Source: the human T2T-CHM13v2.0 reference genome, Homo sapiens. Taken from it: DNA of 64,000 nucleotides. The translations under genes and the position numbers were made by a program. The stretch is from the NCBI RefSeq assembly GCF_009914755.1, contig NC_060928.1. One strand, written 5' to 3'. Shown here piece by piece: positions 14,839 through 29,166 of this stretch (positions within the stretch are counted from its first letter, which is position 1; each line of letters begins with the position of its first letter). The notes beneath the pieces are model-generated. The model worked only from the letters and a program-made list of their open reading frames with translations. It made no database searches and was not told where the DNA came from.

Positions 14839-15877
14839 ATGAGGAAAAACCAGCACGAAAAAGGCTGAAATTTCCAAAAACCAGGAAGCCTCTTCTCCTC
14901 CAAAGGGTCACAACTCCTTGCCAGCCAGGGAACAAAACTGGACGGAGAATGAGTTTGATGAATTGACAGAAGTAGGCTTCAGGAAGTGGGTAATACCAAA
15001 CTCCTCAGAGCTCAAGGAGCATGTTCTAACTTAATGCAAGGAAGCTAAGAACCTTGATAAAAGGTTCCAGGAACTGCTAACTAGAATAATCAGTTTAGAG
15101 AAGAACATAAATGACCTGATGGAGCTGAAAAACACAGCAAGAGAACTTCGTGAAGCATACACAAGTATCAATAGCCAAATCAATCAAGCAGAAGGAAGGA
15201 TACCAGAGATTGAAGATCAAGTTAATGAAATAAAGCATGAAGACAAGATTAGAGAAAAAAGAATGAAAAGGAATGAATAAAACCTCCAAGAAATACAGGA
15301 CTATGTGAAAAGATCAAACATACGTTTGATTGGTGTACCTGAAAATGAGTGGGGAGAATGGAACCAAGCTGGAAAACAGTCTTCAGAATATTATCCAGGA
15401 GAACTTCCCCAACCTAGCAAGACAGGCCAACATTCAAATTCAGAAAATACAGAGAACACCACAAAGATACGGCTTGATAAGAGCAACCCCAAAACACATA
15501 ATCATCAGATTCACCAAGGTTGAAATCAAGGAAAAAATGTTAAGGGCAGCCAGAGAGACAGGTCAGCTTACCCCTTTCTCTTCTGAAAGGGAAGCCCAAC
15601 AGACTAACAGTGGATCTCTCTGCAGAAACCTTACAAGCTGGAAGAGTTGGGGCCAACATTCAACCTTCTTAAAGAATAGAATTTTCAACCCAGAATTTCA
15701 TATCCAGCCAAACTAAGCTTCATAAGTGTGGAAGGAGAAATAACATCCTTTACAGACAAGCAAATGCTGAGGGATTTCATCACCACCAGGACTGCCTTGC
15801 AAGAGCTCCTGAAGGAAACCCTAAATATGGAAAGGAAAAACCGGTACCAGCCACTGCAAAAACATACCGAATTGTAA
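14839..15877 (+). pseudogene. L1 ORF1p remnant (frameshifts and stops)
   Basis: ORF-track fragments (KRSNIRLIGVPE; LQNIIQENFPNLARQANIQIQ; PKHIIIRFTKVEIKEKMLRAARE) match L1 ORF1p; no continuous frame. Confidence 0.9.
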
Positions 15878-15940
15878 AGACCATTGACATTATAAAGAAA
15901 CTGTATAAACTAATGGGCAAAATAACCACCTAGCATCATA

Positions 15941-18900
15941 ATGATGGGATCAAATTCACACATAACAATATTAACCCCAAATATAAATGGGCTAAATGCC
16001 CCAATTAAAAGACACAGACTGGCAAATTGGATAAAGAATCAAGACCCATCAGTGTGCTGTATTCAGGAGACCAATCTCACATGCAAAGACACACATAGGC
16101 TCAAAATAAAGGGCTGCAGGAAGACTTACCAACCAAATGGAAAGCAAGAAAAAAAAAGCAGAGGCTGCAATTCTAGTCTCTGATAAAACAGACTTTAAAC
16201 CAACAAAGATCAAAAAAGACAAAGAAGGGCATTACATAATGGTAAAGGGATCAATGCAATAGGAAGAGCTAACTAGCCTAAATATATATACACCAAATAC
16301 AGAAGCACCCAGATTCATAAAGCAAGTTCTTATAGACCTACAAAGAGACTTAGACTCCCAAAAAATAATAGTGGGAGATTGTAACACCCCACTGTCAATA
16401 TTAGACAAATCAATGAGAAAGAAAATTAACAAGGATATTCAGGACTTGAACTCAGCTCTGGGCCAAGCGGACCTAATAGACATCTACAGAACTCTCCACA
16501 CCAAATCAACAGAATATACAGTCTTCTCATCACCACATTGCACTTATTCTAAAATTGACCACATAAATGGAAGTAAAACACTCCTCAGCAAATGCAAAAG
16601 AATGGAAATCATAACAAGCAGTCTCTCAGACCACAGTGCAATCAAATTAGAACTCAGGATTAAGAAGCTCATTTAAAACTGCACAACTACATGGAAACTG
16701 AACAGCCTGTTCCTGAATGACTACTGGGTAAGTAACGAAATTAAGGCAGAAATAAGTACGCTCTTTGAAACCAATGAGAGCAAAGACATAACATACCAGA
16801 ATATCTGGGACACAGCTAAAGCAGCATTTAGATGGAAATTCTTAGCACTAAATGCCCACAAGAGAAAGCAGGAAAGATCTAAAATTGACACCCTAACATC
16901 ACAATTAAAAGAACTAGAGAAGCAAGAGCAACAAATTCAAAAGCTAGCAGAAGACAAGAAATAACTAAGATCAGAGCAGAACTGAAGGAGACAGACACAA
17001 AGAACACCCTTCAAAAAATCAATCCAGGAGCTGTTTTTTTTTTTAACATCAACAAAATAGATAGACCACTAGCCAGGCTAATAAAGAAGAAAAGAGAGAA
17101 GAATCAAATAAACACAATAGAAAATTATAAAGGGGATATCACCACTGATCCTATAGAAACACAAACTACCATCACAGAATACTATAAACACCTCTATGCA
17201 AATATACTAGAAAACCTAGAAGAAATAGATAAATTCCTGGACACATACACCTTCCCAAGACTAAACCAGGAAGAAATCAAATCCCTGGATAGACCAATAA
17301 CAAGTTCTGAATTGAGGTAGTAATTAATGGCCTACCAAACAAGGAAAGCTCAGGACCAGACTTACAGTCAAATTCTACCAGAGGTACAAAGAAGAGCTGG
17401 TACCATTCTGTCTGAAACTATTCCAAACAATAGAAAAAGAGGGGCTCCTCCTCATTTTTTGAGGTTGGCATTATCCTGATAACAAAACCTGGCAGAGACA
17501 GAACAAAAAAAGAAAATTTCAGGCCAACATTCCTGACAAACATCGATGTGAAAATCCTCAATAAAATACTAGCAAACCGAATCCAGCAGCACAACAAAAA
17601 GCTTATCCAACACGATCAAGTCAGCTTCATCCCTGGGATGCAAGGCTGGTTCAATATATACAAATCAATAAATTTAATCCAGCATATAAACAGAACCAAA
17701 GACAAAAACTGCATGATTATCTCAATAGATGCAGAAAAGGCCTTCGATAAAATTCACCACCCCTTCATGCTAAAAACACTCAATAAACCAGGTATTGATG
17801 GAACATATCTCAAAATAATAAGAGTTATTTATGACAAATCCACAGCCAATATCATACTGAATGGGCAAAAGTTGGAAGCATTCCCTTTGAAAACCAGCAC
17901 AAGACAAGGGTGCCCTCTCTCACCACTCCCATTCAACAAAGTATGGGAAGTTTTGGCCAGGGAAATCAGGCAAGAAAAATAAATAAAAGGTATCCAAATA
18001 GGAACAGAGTAAGTCAAATTATCTCTGTTTGCAGGTAACATAATTGTATATTCAGAAAACCCCATCGTCTCAACCCAAAATCTCCTTAAGCCAATAAGTA
18101 ACTTCAGCAAAGTCTTAGGATACAAAATCAATGTTCAAAAATCACAAGCATTCCTATCACCAATAATAGACAAACAGAGAGCCAAATCGTGAGTGAACTC
18201 CCATTCACAATTGCTAACACGAGAATAAAATACCTAGGAATACAACTTACAAGGGATGTGAAGGACCTCTTCAAGGAGAACTACAAACCACTGCTCAAGG
18301 AAATAAGAGAGGACACAAACAAATGGAAAAAGATTCCAGCTCATGGATAGGAAGAATCAATATTGTTACAATGGCCATACTGCCAAAAGTGATTTATAGA
18401 TTCAATGCTACCCCCATCAAACTACCACTGACTTTCTTCACAGAATTAGAAAAAGCTACTTTAAGTTTCAAAAAAGAGCCTATATAGCCAAGACAATCCT
18501 AAGCAAGAAGAAGAAAGAAGCTGGAGGCATCATGCTGCCTGACTTCAAACTATACTACAAGGCTACAGTAACCAAAACAGCATGGTACTGGTACCAAAAC
18601 AGATATCTAGACCAATGGAACAGAACAGAGGCTGCAATGGGGAAAGGATTCCCTTTTTAATAAAAGGCATTGGGAAAACTGGGTATCCATATGCAGAAAA
18701 CTGAAATTGGACCCCTTTATTACACCTTCTACAAAAAGTAACTCAAGATGGATTAAATATTTAAACATAAGACCTAAAACCATAAAAACCCTAGAAGAAA
18801 ACCTAGGCAATACCATTCACGACATAGGCATGGGCAAAGACTTTTTGACTAAAACACCAAAAGCAATGGCAACAAAAGCCAAAATTCACAAATGGGATCT

Positions 18901-19686
18901 AATTAAACTAAAGTGCTTCTGCACAGCAAAAGAAACTATTATCAGAGTGAACAGGCAACTTACAGAATGGGAGAAAATTTTTGCAATCTATCCACTGACA
19001 AAGGGCTAATATCTAGAATCTGCAAATAACTTAAACAAACATACAAGAAAAGAACAAACGACCCCATCAGAAAGTGGGTGAAGGATATGAACAGACACTT
19101 CTCAAAAGAAGACGTTTATATGGCCAACAAACATATGAAAAAAAGCTCATCATCACTGGTCATTAGAGAACTGCAAATCAAAACCAGAATGAGATACCAT
19201 CTCACACGTTAGAATGGCGATCCTTAAAAAATCAGGAAACAACAGATGCTGGAAAGGCTGTGGAGAAATAGGAACACTTTTAAACTGTTGGTGGGAGTGT
19301 AAATTAGTTCAATCATTGTGGAAGACAGTGTGGTGATTCCTGAAGGATCTAGAACAAAAAATACCATTTGACCCAGCAATCCCATTACTGGGAATATAGC
19401 CAAAGGATTATAAATCATTCTACTATAAAGACACATGCACATGCATATTTATTGCAGCACTATTCACAATAGTAAAGACTTAGAACCAACCCAAATGCCC
19501 CTCAATGATAGACTGAATATAGAAAATGTGGCACATATACACCATGGAATACTATGCAGCCACAAAATGAATGATTTCATGTCATTTGCAGGGACATGGA
19601 TGAAGCTTGAAACCACCATTCTCAGCACACTAACCCAGGAACAGTAAACCGAACACTGCATGTTCTCAGTCATAAATGGGAGTTGA
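15941..19686 (+). pseudogene. L1 ORF2p (endonuclease/reverse transcriptase) remnant
   Basis: Fragments [60 protein letters not shown]; RT motif FADD reads FAGN at 18028-18039; about 60 bp deleted near 18633. Confidence 0.92.
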
Positions 19687-19879
19687 ACAATGAGAACATA
19701 TGGGCACACAGAGGGGAACATCACACACTGGGGCCTGTCAGGGAATAGGGGGCAAGGGGAAGGATAGCATTAGGAAAAATACCTAATGTAGATGACGGGT
19801 TAATGGGTGCAGCAAACCACCATGGCACATATATACCTATGTAACAAACCTGTACGTTCTGCCCATGTATCCCAGAACT

Positions 19880-19880
<1 letters not shown>

Positions 19881-19920
<40 letters not shown>
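19881..19920. repeat. (TAA)n microsatellite, about 13 units, derived from the L1 tail
   Basis: Direct reading; immediately follows the L1 3' end. Confidence 0.95.
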
Positions 19921-19923
19921 CTC

Positions 19924-20100
19924 TCTGGCTTCTCTTTGAAGGATGGATTGGAGAAGCAAAAATAGTAGAAATAGGGAGACCAGATCGCAGGTTATCAATG
20001 CAGTTGACATAAGTGATGATTGTGTCTTGGACTACAGTTTATGTGAAGGGAAATGGAAAGATCAGAATATGTCGTAGAAGTGAAGTCAACAGGGTTCGCT
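19924..20100 (-). mobile_element. L2 LINE, right part
   Basis: ctctggcttctctttgaaggatggattggag...gggagaccag...gtgatgattgtgtcttggact continues the L2 at 12940-13498. Confidence 0.65.
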
Positions 20101-20199
20101 TCCTTATATTGACTTACAATGGTCTGCATATAATCTTTACCCACTGACCTTGTTTGGTTCTTGGAGGAAATACAGAATAGATTTAATCCCTTCAGATTT

Positions 20200-20480
20200 T
20201 AAAAAGCAGGACACATGACCTCTCTTAAATATCCCTATTTCCAGACTAACAAGCCCTACTTCCCTCCAACTATCTTCCGATACCTTTTTAACTTTGCTGA
20301 ATATCCTGGATACCTCCCATTGATTATCTTCCTTTTTGGCAATGTCTCTTTTAAAATGTGGTGTCCAGAACTAAATGAAGCACTTCAGGCATTCCCTGAC
20401 AACTACAGAGTCCAATGGGGCAATTTCCTTCCAGAGTGTACTGCATTTCTTTTAATACAGCCTAGGGCATATGCATTTCA
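20200..20480 (-). mobile_element. L3/CR1 LINE fragment
   Basis: ttttaaaatgtggtgtccagaactaaa...ctgacaactacagagtccaatggg...ttttaatacagcctagg resembles antisense CR1 RT region. Confidence 0.55.
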
Positions 20481-22199
20481 TGCTTAACAAAGGAAGGTAG
20501 TGGTAGGACAATATACTTTGAAGAGTCAAAACCAGGATTACCACCTGACTATTACTGGATAATATTTATGAAAGTAGATTTTTTGTGTGTGAAGTAGAGC
20601 TATGGAGAGTATGGTTTTCTTGGCAGATGACAATCTTAAGAGAATGTGCTAAATTAATAATTAAATAAAGGTGCCACTAAAAAGATCTGCTGGGGTTGGA
20701 GGTGAGGTGAGGAGAGCACATGGTGAAGCAGGACAGGAGAGTGATTGAGCAAAGCAAGGTTAATAATGAGAGATGTTTCTGAGGAATGAGGCGAGTGAAG
20801 TGGAAAATTCAGGTGAACATAAAACAATTATTTCAAGTTGAAAACAATGGTAAACATGATTTTTGCAGTCAAGTTCTCTGGGTTCTTTAAGGACCTTAAT
20901 TGGTTTGACTCTGTGTTTTGCATCAGTCACAAATGATACTTCGTGAACCAAATTTTAATCACTACAAAGGTGATGTCTTAACTATGTTTTAGCTAATTTG
21001 TTTCCTTATCAGTTATTTCTATTCCATGGTTCCACAGGACATGGAATAGTCCTTATTGTTAATAGACAATAAGTCTATTAACTCTGAAGCAGTCTAAGGA
21101 TGTGAGAATTTGTGGCATATTAAAACTGTCTCCTAAATGCCAGATCTGATTTTTTATCTTTGTTATATTTCGCTTTTATTACTCCATGCAGAATATTGCC
21201 TTATTGTGTGAATGAGCATCTGAAATTGGGGGAAGACCACGAGATGGTGAAGAGGGACATTTTGAGAGGAAATTAACTCAATCCCTAAGAGGAAATGTGC
21301 CACATTCAATGAATGAAAATATATCATTCCATTTATCCTCATTCAGGAAAGAGGGCATTATACACATAGTACTTTTCTCAATAACGAAATGAAATCATAA
21401 AAGTTAATATTTAACTCTAATCTTTCTTAAAATTTGTGCTGAAAATGTTGAGTTGGGGTAGACATAAATAGGAAGGTCCCAAATAAAGCTTCCAAAACAG
21501 TGTTTTTAAGACAACATATTTAATATTCACAATCTAGAGTACAGTAGAATACAATCCAGGAAGCAAAAGAAGTATACCATTTAATAAGAACTAAAACAGC
21601 AACAATATCTCATTTTTAATGCTTTCTAGAACTTGTGAGAATTTTATAGAAATTAATCCATTCATCTTTACAGCTTTCTGAAGAGTAAGTTGAAATAAAA
21701 AGGAATAATTTACCAAAAAAAGCCATCTATTAAAATCTTACTATGTGCTAACCTTTATGTTTAGTGGATTATCCTGATGCCTTAGAAAACACCTCAATTC
21801 ATCCTTGCCAACTGACACAGACAGTATTTCAAAACATTCAAATAACAAAATCATTATCTAAATTCCTTAATGAGGTACCCAAGTACCACACTTCACTGTA
21901 CTTCCTGAGTAACCTATAACATCTATATGTTAAATTCTGCAGCTTCATCATGCTATGTCAACTCAATGTCTATAAGGAGATTTTAGGTTTGACTAATACC
22001 ATAAAGATATTTGAGGAAAAAAATGTTATTATTAATATGTAAGGAAGAAACATTAGATTCAGTGTAAATATTCTAAATACTTTTGGCAAAACTCTGCCCC
22101 AAAGGTTAAGGCCACTGTTTTGTAGATTGGAAACCAGTTGAGGTTTATAAAACAAAGGATAAGAATCAGTTTATTAAGAACTGTTCATTTTTAACCTGG

Positions 22200-22400
22200 A
22201 CTGGGACAATTTTTATTGAACCTTTCATAAACTAACTGGAGGTGGTTTATAAGTTGCAGACAACACTAAGCTCTTCCAGTTAGTGAAGAGGTAAACTGAT
22301 GAGAGTACAACATAGCCAGATAACCTGAGATTCTGAGTTGGCATAAAAGTGGTAGCCAGACTCCTCAGGGAGAAAGTGCAAAGCAATGCATTTAGCTATC
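22200..22400 (+). mobile_element. L3/CR1 LINE RT fragment
   Basis: aagttgcagacaacactaagctc resembles the FADDTKL motif; aagtgcaaagcaatgcattta resembles KCKVMHL. Confidence 0.5.
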
Positions 22401-22677
22401 AGTTATATTGCTTAAAAAGACTGGACCTGAGTATCTTTTGGGAGTATTTATTCAAGACATTGGAGTAATTGTTTCCATAGCCAAAAAGATTAAAAAAATC
22501 AAGTCAAAGTGCAAACATTACTTTGCCTTTTTATAAGTAAGACCTTCCATTTGCTGACATGGTATATAGTAAGGCAATAACTAATTAATATTCTACTAAA
22601 AACAGAGTCAGTGTGTCATTTGGAAGCAGAATATGTTGTTTCTAGTCCTGGCTCAAGTGCTTATTATTTTATTCAAT

Positions 22678-23600
22678 AAATCATTCATTTAGTCATTCAT
22701 TCAAAGCAAGATTAAGTATTTATTATGTATCAGACACTCTTCTGGGTACAGTTAAGTATGTATAGATGATAAAATTACATTCTCTATCCTGAAAGAGCTA
22801 ATGCTGTATAGGGGAGATGAACAAAATAGCAAACAATGACAATATAATATATTGTCAATACAAGTTTATGGAGCAAACGTAATACATAAGAGACAAAACT
22901 ATTTCAGATGAAGGTAGAAGATGTTTTGTAAGTAGTTCAGTGTGGCCAAAGTGTGAGTTACAAGAAGAATGGAAGAATGGCAATAAAACTGAGATATAGG
23001 AGGAAGAGCTGGTTTATGAACAACCTACTAGGCTAGGCTAAGGTGTTTGTTTGTTTGTTTGTTTGTTTGTTTTAATATAGGTAAGGCAATGAAAAGTCAT
23101 AGTGAACTTTAAGGAGAGGTGGGCAATGGCAATTGTTAAATTTATATTTCCGAAAGGATAGTTCAATATGGTTACGAAAACTAAATTGGATTATATTCAA
23201 GTTTGGAGACAAAGGAAACATTAGAGTACTACTGAAGAAGTTTGGACAAGAAATAAGAAGGATTTTTTAGGGAAAATAAAGAGAAAAATAGCAGGACTTG
23301 ATGACCTATTAGAATAGGAGATACGTAAGGGAGGAATCAGGGATAAACCCCAGGTTTCTGGGTTGGGCAACTGGGTATATTATGAAAATAATACTGGCCA
23401 AGGTAGGAAAAGTAGGTGTGTGTTAAAATTTGGGAACTATTGATTTTGAAGAAACTGAATATCCTCCAAGAAAGGAAATATGCACAAAATGTTTGCACAA
23501 AACTCTAGACATAAAAGTAGATATTTATGCTATAGACACCGATTTTGAAATTATCAAATTGGACAGTTGAAGCCAAAAGTTTGAGTGAGATTTAAAAATG
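22678..23600 (-). mobile_element. L2 LINE fragment with an embedded (GTTT)n at 23045-23073
   Basis: tcattcatttagtcattcattcaa (L2 tail); gtagttcagtgtggccaaagtg; caggtttctgggttgggcaactggg. Confidence 0.65.
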
Positions 23601-25170
23601 TCGTCTAGTAATGGAACCTTGAGAGTCTTCAACACCATACCAGCAATAGGACTATTTATAGATAGATACAAATGTGTGTGTGTATATATATATTTATATT
23701 TTAATTTAATTTTAAATAAATATAAATTTATTTTATATTTAATAAAAATAATAAAATGTAATAAATATAAATTTATTTACATATTTAAATTTATTTTAAA
23801 TTCCACATTGAACATTTATTCAAAATATGTCCTTAGAGTATAATGGAATTAAAGAAGTAATTGATAACAAGAAGATACCTAGAAAATTATCAAGTATTTG
23901 GAATTTAAACAATACCCTTCTAAGCAACCCATGGGTCAAAGGTAAAAAATCTCAAGGGAAATTAGGAAATATTTTGAACTGACTGAAAATGAAAATACAA
24001 CATAGCAAAATTTGCAGGAGGCAGCTAAAGAAATACAGGAAAATGTACAGTATGTAATACTATATTAGAAAAGTATAAAGGTCACAAATCAATAATCTAA
24101 GTTTCCATGTTAAGAAACTAGAAAAAGAAGAGCACACTGAATACAAATTAAGCAGAATGAAGTAAATAATAAAGAGCACAAATCAATAAAATTAGAAACA
24201 AAAATAGGGAAAAATCAATGAAAACAAAAACCAGTGCTTTGAAAAATCAACAAAATTGATAAATTCTAACCAGTCTGACAAAGAAAAAAAAGATAAAATG
24301 CAAATTACAAATATCAGGAATAAAAGGGATGATATCACTACATACCCCACAAACTGTAAAATAAAATTAGATACTAGAAATAACTGCATATTTTAAATTC
24401 AAAAAATAGATTACACGGGCCAAATTCTTGAGACACAAACTATCAGAACTGACTCAAGAAGAAATAGATAATCTATAATTACTGAATTGAGATTGTAGTT
24501 TAAAATCTTTCAAAAAAATGAAGACCCAGAAGAATTCTACCACACATTTAAGAAGAAAAAAAAGTATTCTGCATAATATCTTTCAGAAAATAGAAGGTAA
24601 CAACTCACAAGGCATTCTATGAGGCAAGTATTACCCTAATTTCAAAACCACAGAAAGACTTTGCGGGAAAACTGTAGACCAACCAACATCTCATATGAAC
24701 ACAGACTCAAAAATTATCAACAAAATATCAGAAAATTATATCCAACAATATATAAAAAGAATAATATACCACAATCAAGTGGTTTCTTCTTTCCAGGGAT
24801 GCAAGCCTGGTTCAATTTTGAAAAATCAAACAATGTAATTCTCCACATTAAGAGATTAAATAGGGAAAAATACATGATCACCTTAATACACGGAGAAAAA
24901 GCTTTTGATAAATGTCAATATGCATATGTGATTTTAAAAATCCTCGGCAATCTAGTAATAGAACTTCCTTAATCTGTAAGAAGCCATCTTTAAAAAAACA
25001 AAACAAAACAAAAAACAATTAACATCATACACAATTATGAAAAACTTAATGTATTCACCTAAAGATCTGGGACAAGGCAAGAATGTCCTTTCTCATAATT
25101 CCTTTTCTAAATCCTACTAGAAGTCTTAACTAGTCTGATAAGTCAAGGATAATAAACAAAAGACATATAG

Positions 25171-25500
<330 letters not shown>

Positions 25501-26817
25501 TCACTATTTTCTATATGCTTGCTATTAATTCAAAAATTTTCAAAATACCCTTAACAATAGCACCCGAAATGAAATATTTTGATATAAATAGAAAAGCATA
25601 ATATCAAGGTCAATATGCTAAACATTACAAAACACTGATGAAAGAAATGTCAAATCTATATAAATGGGGAGATATACTGTGTTCATGTGCTAGAAGAGTG
25701 AATACTACTAACATGTTAATTCTCTCCAATTTAATCCATAGATTAACATAAAGCAACAGAACATTCCAGCAGACCTTTTGTAGATACCAACAAATTGATT
25801 CTAAAGGAACTAGAATAGCCAAACAATTCTGAAAAATAAGAACAAAACTGGAGAAATCACACTACCTGATTTTAGGCCTTACTATAAAACTAGATTAATC
25901 AAGACAGTCTGATATTGATGAAAGATAGATACATAGATAGGTGAAACAGAATACAGCCCAGAAGTAAGCCCTTGCATATAGTCAACTGATTTGTAACAAA
26001 TATATAAAAATAATTTAATGGAAAAAGTTAGCCTTTTCAACAAATGGTGTTAAAATAATTGGATATAGGTAGGCAATCTATTCCTCACACCTAATGCAAA
26101 AATTAGCACAGAATACATCATTGACGTTAAAACTATAAAACTTCTAGAAGAAAATGTAGGAGAAAATCTGCATGACCCTGTGCTTGATGAGATTTTATAG
26201 ACATCACCAAAAACACAATCTGTAAAAGAAAATATAAATAAATTGAACTCTATCAAAATTAAAATCTTCTCTGCTAAATACACTGATCCAAGAATAAAAA
26301 GACTGGAGGTAAATATTTGAAAATCACATTTCTGACAAAGATCTTGTATCTAGATTATAAAACAAATTCTCTAAACACAACAGAAATAAAACAAACAACC
26401 CAATAAAACAAATTGCTGAAAGATCTGAAGAGGCACTTTACCAAACAGTGTATATGAATAGCTTATAAATACAAGAAGAGACAGTTAATAAATAAACTGC
26501 AAATTAAAACTATGTGCTACCATCCACATCTATTAGAAGGATGGGGGTTGGAGGAAATGGCACTACCAAGTCCTGACAAAGATGCAGAATAACTGAAACT
26601 CTCATACATTGCTGGTGGGAATTGAAAATGGTACAGTCTCTTTGGAAGACAGTATAGAAGTTTCATATAAAGTCAAACATATATGTACAATACGACTCAG
26701 CAATCTCACTTCTGTTTATTGACTAAAAATAATTGGAAACTTCATGCAAACATTTCTATATAGATATTTATAGCAGCTTTCTCATAATCATATGCATGCC
26801 TTTTAAATGGTAGGTTA

Positions 26818-27137
<320 letters not shown>

Positions 27138-28711
27138 TATTCTGCATGGATGAATCTTAAATGTATTTTACTAAGTGAAAGAAACCAGACCCCAAAGGCT
27201 ACACATAGCTTGAGTACATTTATATGGTGCCCATATAATTAAGCAAAAAATAGATACATAGAAAATAGATTAATTGGGAAGATCAGTACTGCATTTTGAC
27301 TACAAAGCGACAGCACAAGAAAATTTTTGCGGTGATGGAGCTCTTCTGTAAGAAAATGTGGTGATAGATGTCTGAGTCTATATCTTTGCCAAAAACTCAT
27401 AAAAGTTACACCAAAAAGAGTGAGATTTACCATACATAAATTTAAGAAATGAACCAAAATGTTGGAGAAACTCAAGAAGGAATGCAAACTATAAGGATGA
27501 ATCTAACTGTATTAAACGTAAATTACATAACCACACTGAAGGAAGTCAGGAAGAAAGTAGTTGATTTCCGTAACCTTGGACAAAATACTTTTATTAATAC
27601 TATAAGGCTGAAGAAGAAAGATCTGTACAGAAACTAAACTATAGTTGATAAATGTACCTTTCATAGGTGTATCATTTAGCATTTATAAAATTACATGTAT
27701 ATTAGGCTTGAACAAAACTAAGTAAATATATTATAGGTCATGAGAACTAGATTGCTCACTGTCAAAGAAAGAAGTTAGAAAGAAAGAAGGTTAGTTTGAA
27801 TACTTGGTGGCTAGAGTCAAAGTTATCAATATAATCTCATGGATTTTATTTTAGATAGATTAGATAGAGCGATATTATAGAGATGATAGATGTCAGAGAT
27901 TTGTGTTCATGCCTGGGTATGTATACATATATATATTTCCTAGCTCTATTCACTGAAAGGAATTCAACACAGGGATATCTCCATGCAATGAGCAAAATTG
28001 GTGTCTAGATCTCTGGGCTTCTAAATATCATTCTCTAATAAAAGCAATCAGGGTTCTTTGAAGAAGTAGTTGATTTCAAAGCTGGAAAAATACAGGAACA
28101 ACCTGAAGCATCTTGTACTAGAAAGTAAAGAGGCATGCAATAAACCAAGTTGTTTAAGGATGAGGGTATCACTTCCCACTGACTCCTTATCACTAGAATC
28201 AGAAAAACTTGAACAACAAAATAAATGATGATAGTGTTATACTATGACTGAGAAAATAAATATCCATGAGTTAATACCACAATAAAAATAAGTGAATAAA
28301 GAAATTAGATAAAAGGAATGACACTTCCTTATAGAAAAAATTCAATTAATAAATGAAAGGAATGAGGAAAATAGAAAAAATCACAATTGGGACAGCATGG
28401 TAATAATTGATATAAGCAAGATTCACCTGTGGATGCTAAAATTAGCAGTGAAAATTTAAACAAAGGCAAGATATTTGTAGATTCTCAAAGTCTCTTCCTC
28501 CAAATATTTATTAATTACAAAGGGTAAAACAATTAGTTTACAATGTAGTAAAGCACATATACCACTTTAGCCAACTGATCAAAGTTATCATCATACATAT
28601 CCATATAACATCATTTACTCACTTATTTGACACCCTGAGAAGGCATGAAGCTCCTGTGGCATTCTTCCCCAAAATGCACAACCTTGATCTAACTATGAAA
28701 ACATATCAGAC

Positions 28712-29166
28712 CTTGGAAACAACCTAAATGCCCATCAATGATAGACTGGATAAAGAAAATGTGGCACATATACACCATGGAATACTATGCAGCCATAAAA
28801 AGAATGAGTTTATATCCTTTGCAGGGACATGGATGAAGCTGGAAACCATCATCCTCAGCAAATTAACACAGGAACAGAACACCAAACTCATAAGTGGCAG
28901 CTGAACAATGTTCTCACTCATAAGTGGCAGTTGAACAATGAGAACACATGGACATAGGGAGGGGAACATCACACACCAGGGCTTTTCAGAGGGTGGTGGG
29001 GAAGGGGACAGAGAGCATTAGGACAAATACCTAATGCATGTGAGGCTTAAAACCTAGACGACGGGTTCATAGGTACAGCAAATCACTATGCCACATGTAT
29101 ACCTATGTAACAAACCTGCACGTTCAGCACATGTATCCCAGAACTTAAAGTAAAATAAAAAAAAAA
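28712..29166 (+). mobile_element. 5'-truncated L1PA (L1PA8-like) 3' end
   Basis: gagcattaggacaaatacctaatgcatgtgaggcttaaaacctagacgacggg...cccagaacttaaagtaaaataaaaaaa; imperfect TSD gaaaaca(..)cagac. Confidence 0.88.

Larger units (their letters stand above)
13505..19880 (+). mobile_element. Full-length LINE-1, L1PA7-like, inactive
   Basis: 5'UTR start caagatggcc...cagctccagtctgcagctcccagcga, ORF1, ORF2, and 3'UTR gatagcattagga...atacctaatgtagatgacgggtt...tatcccagaactt; short TSD aatctc (13499-13504, 19918-19923). Confidence 0.93.

Noticed and set aside
13518-14903. Several 60-150 aa ORFs on both strands
   Set aside because: All lie in the L1 5'UTR or ORF1 start; no evidence of independent coding function.
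23680-23800. Nearly pure A/T tract with a repeated aataaatataaatttattt
   Set aside because: Low-complexity sequence between L2 and L1 fragments, with no long perfect palindrome.
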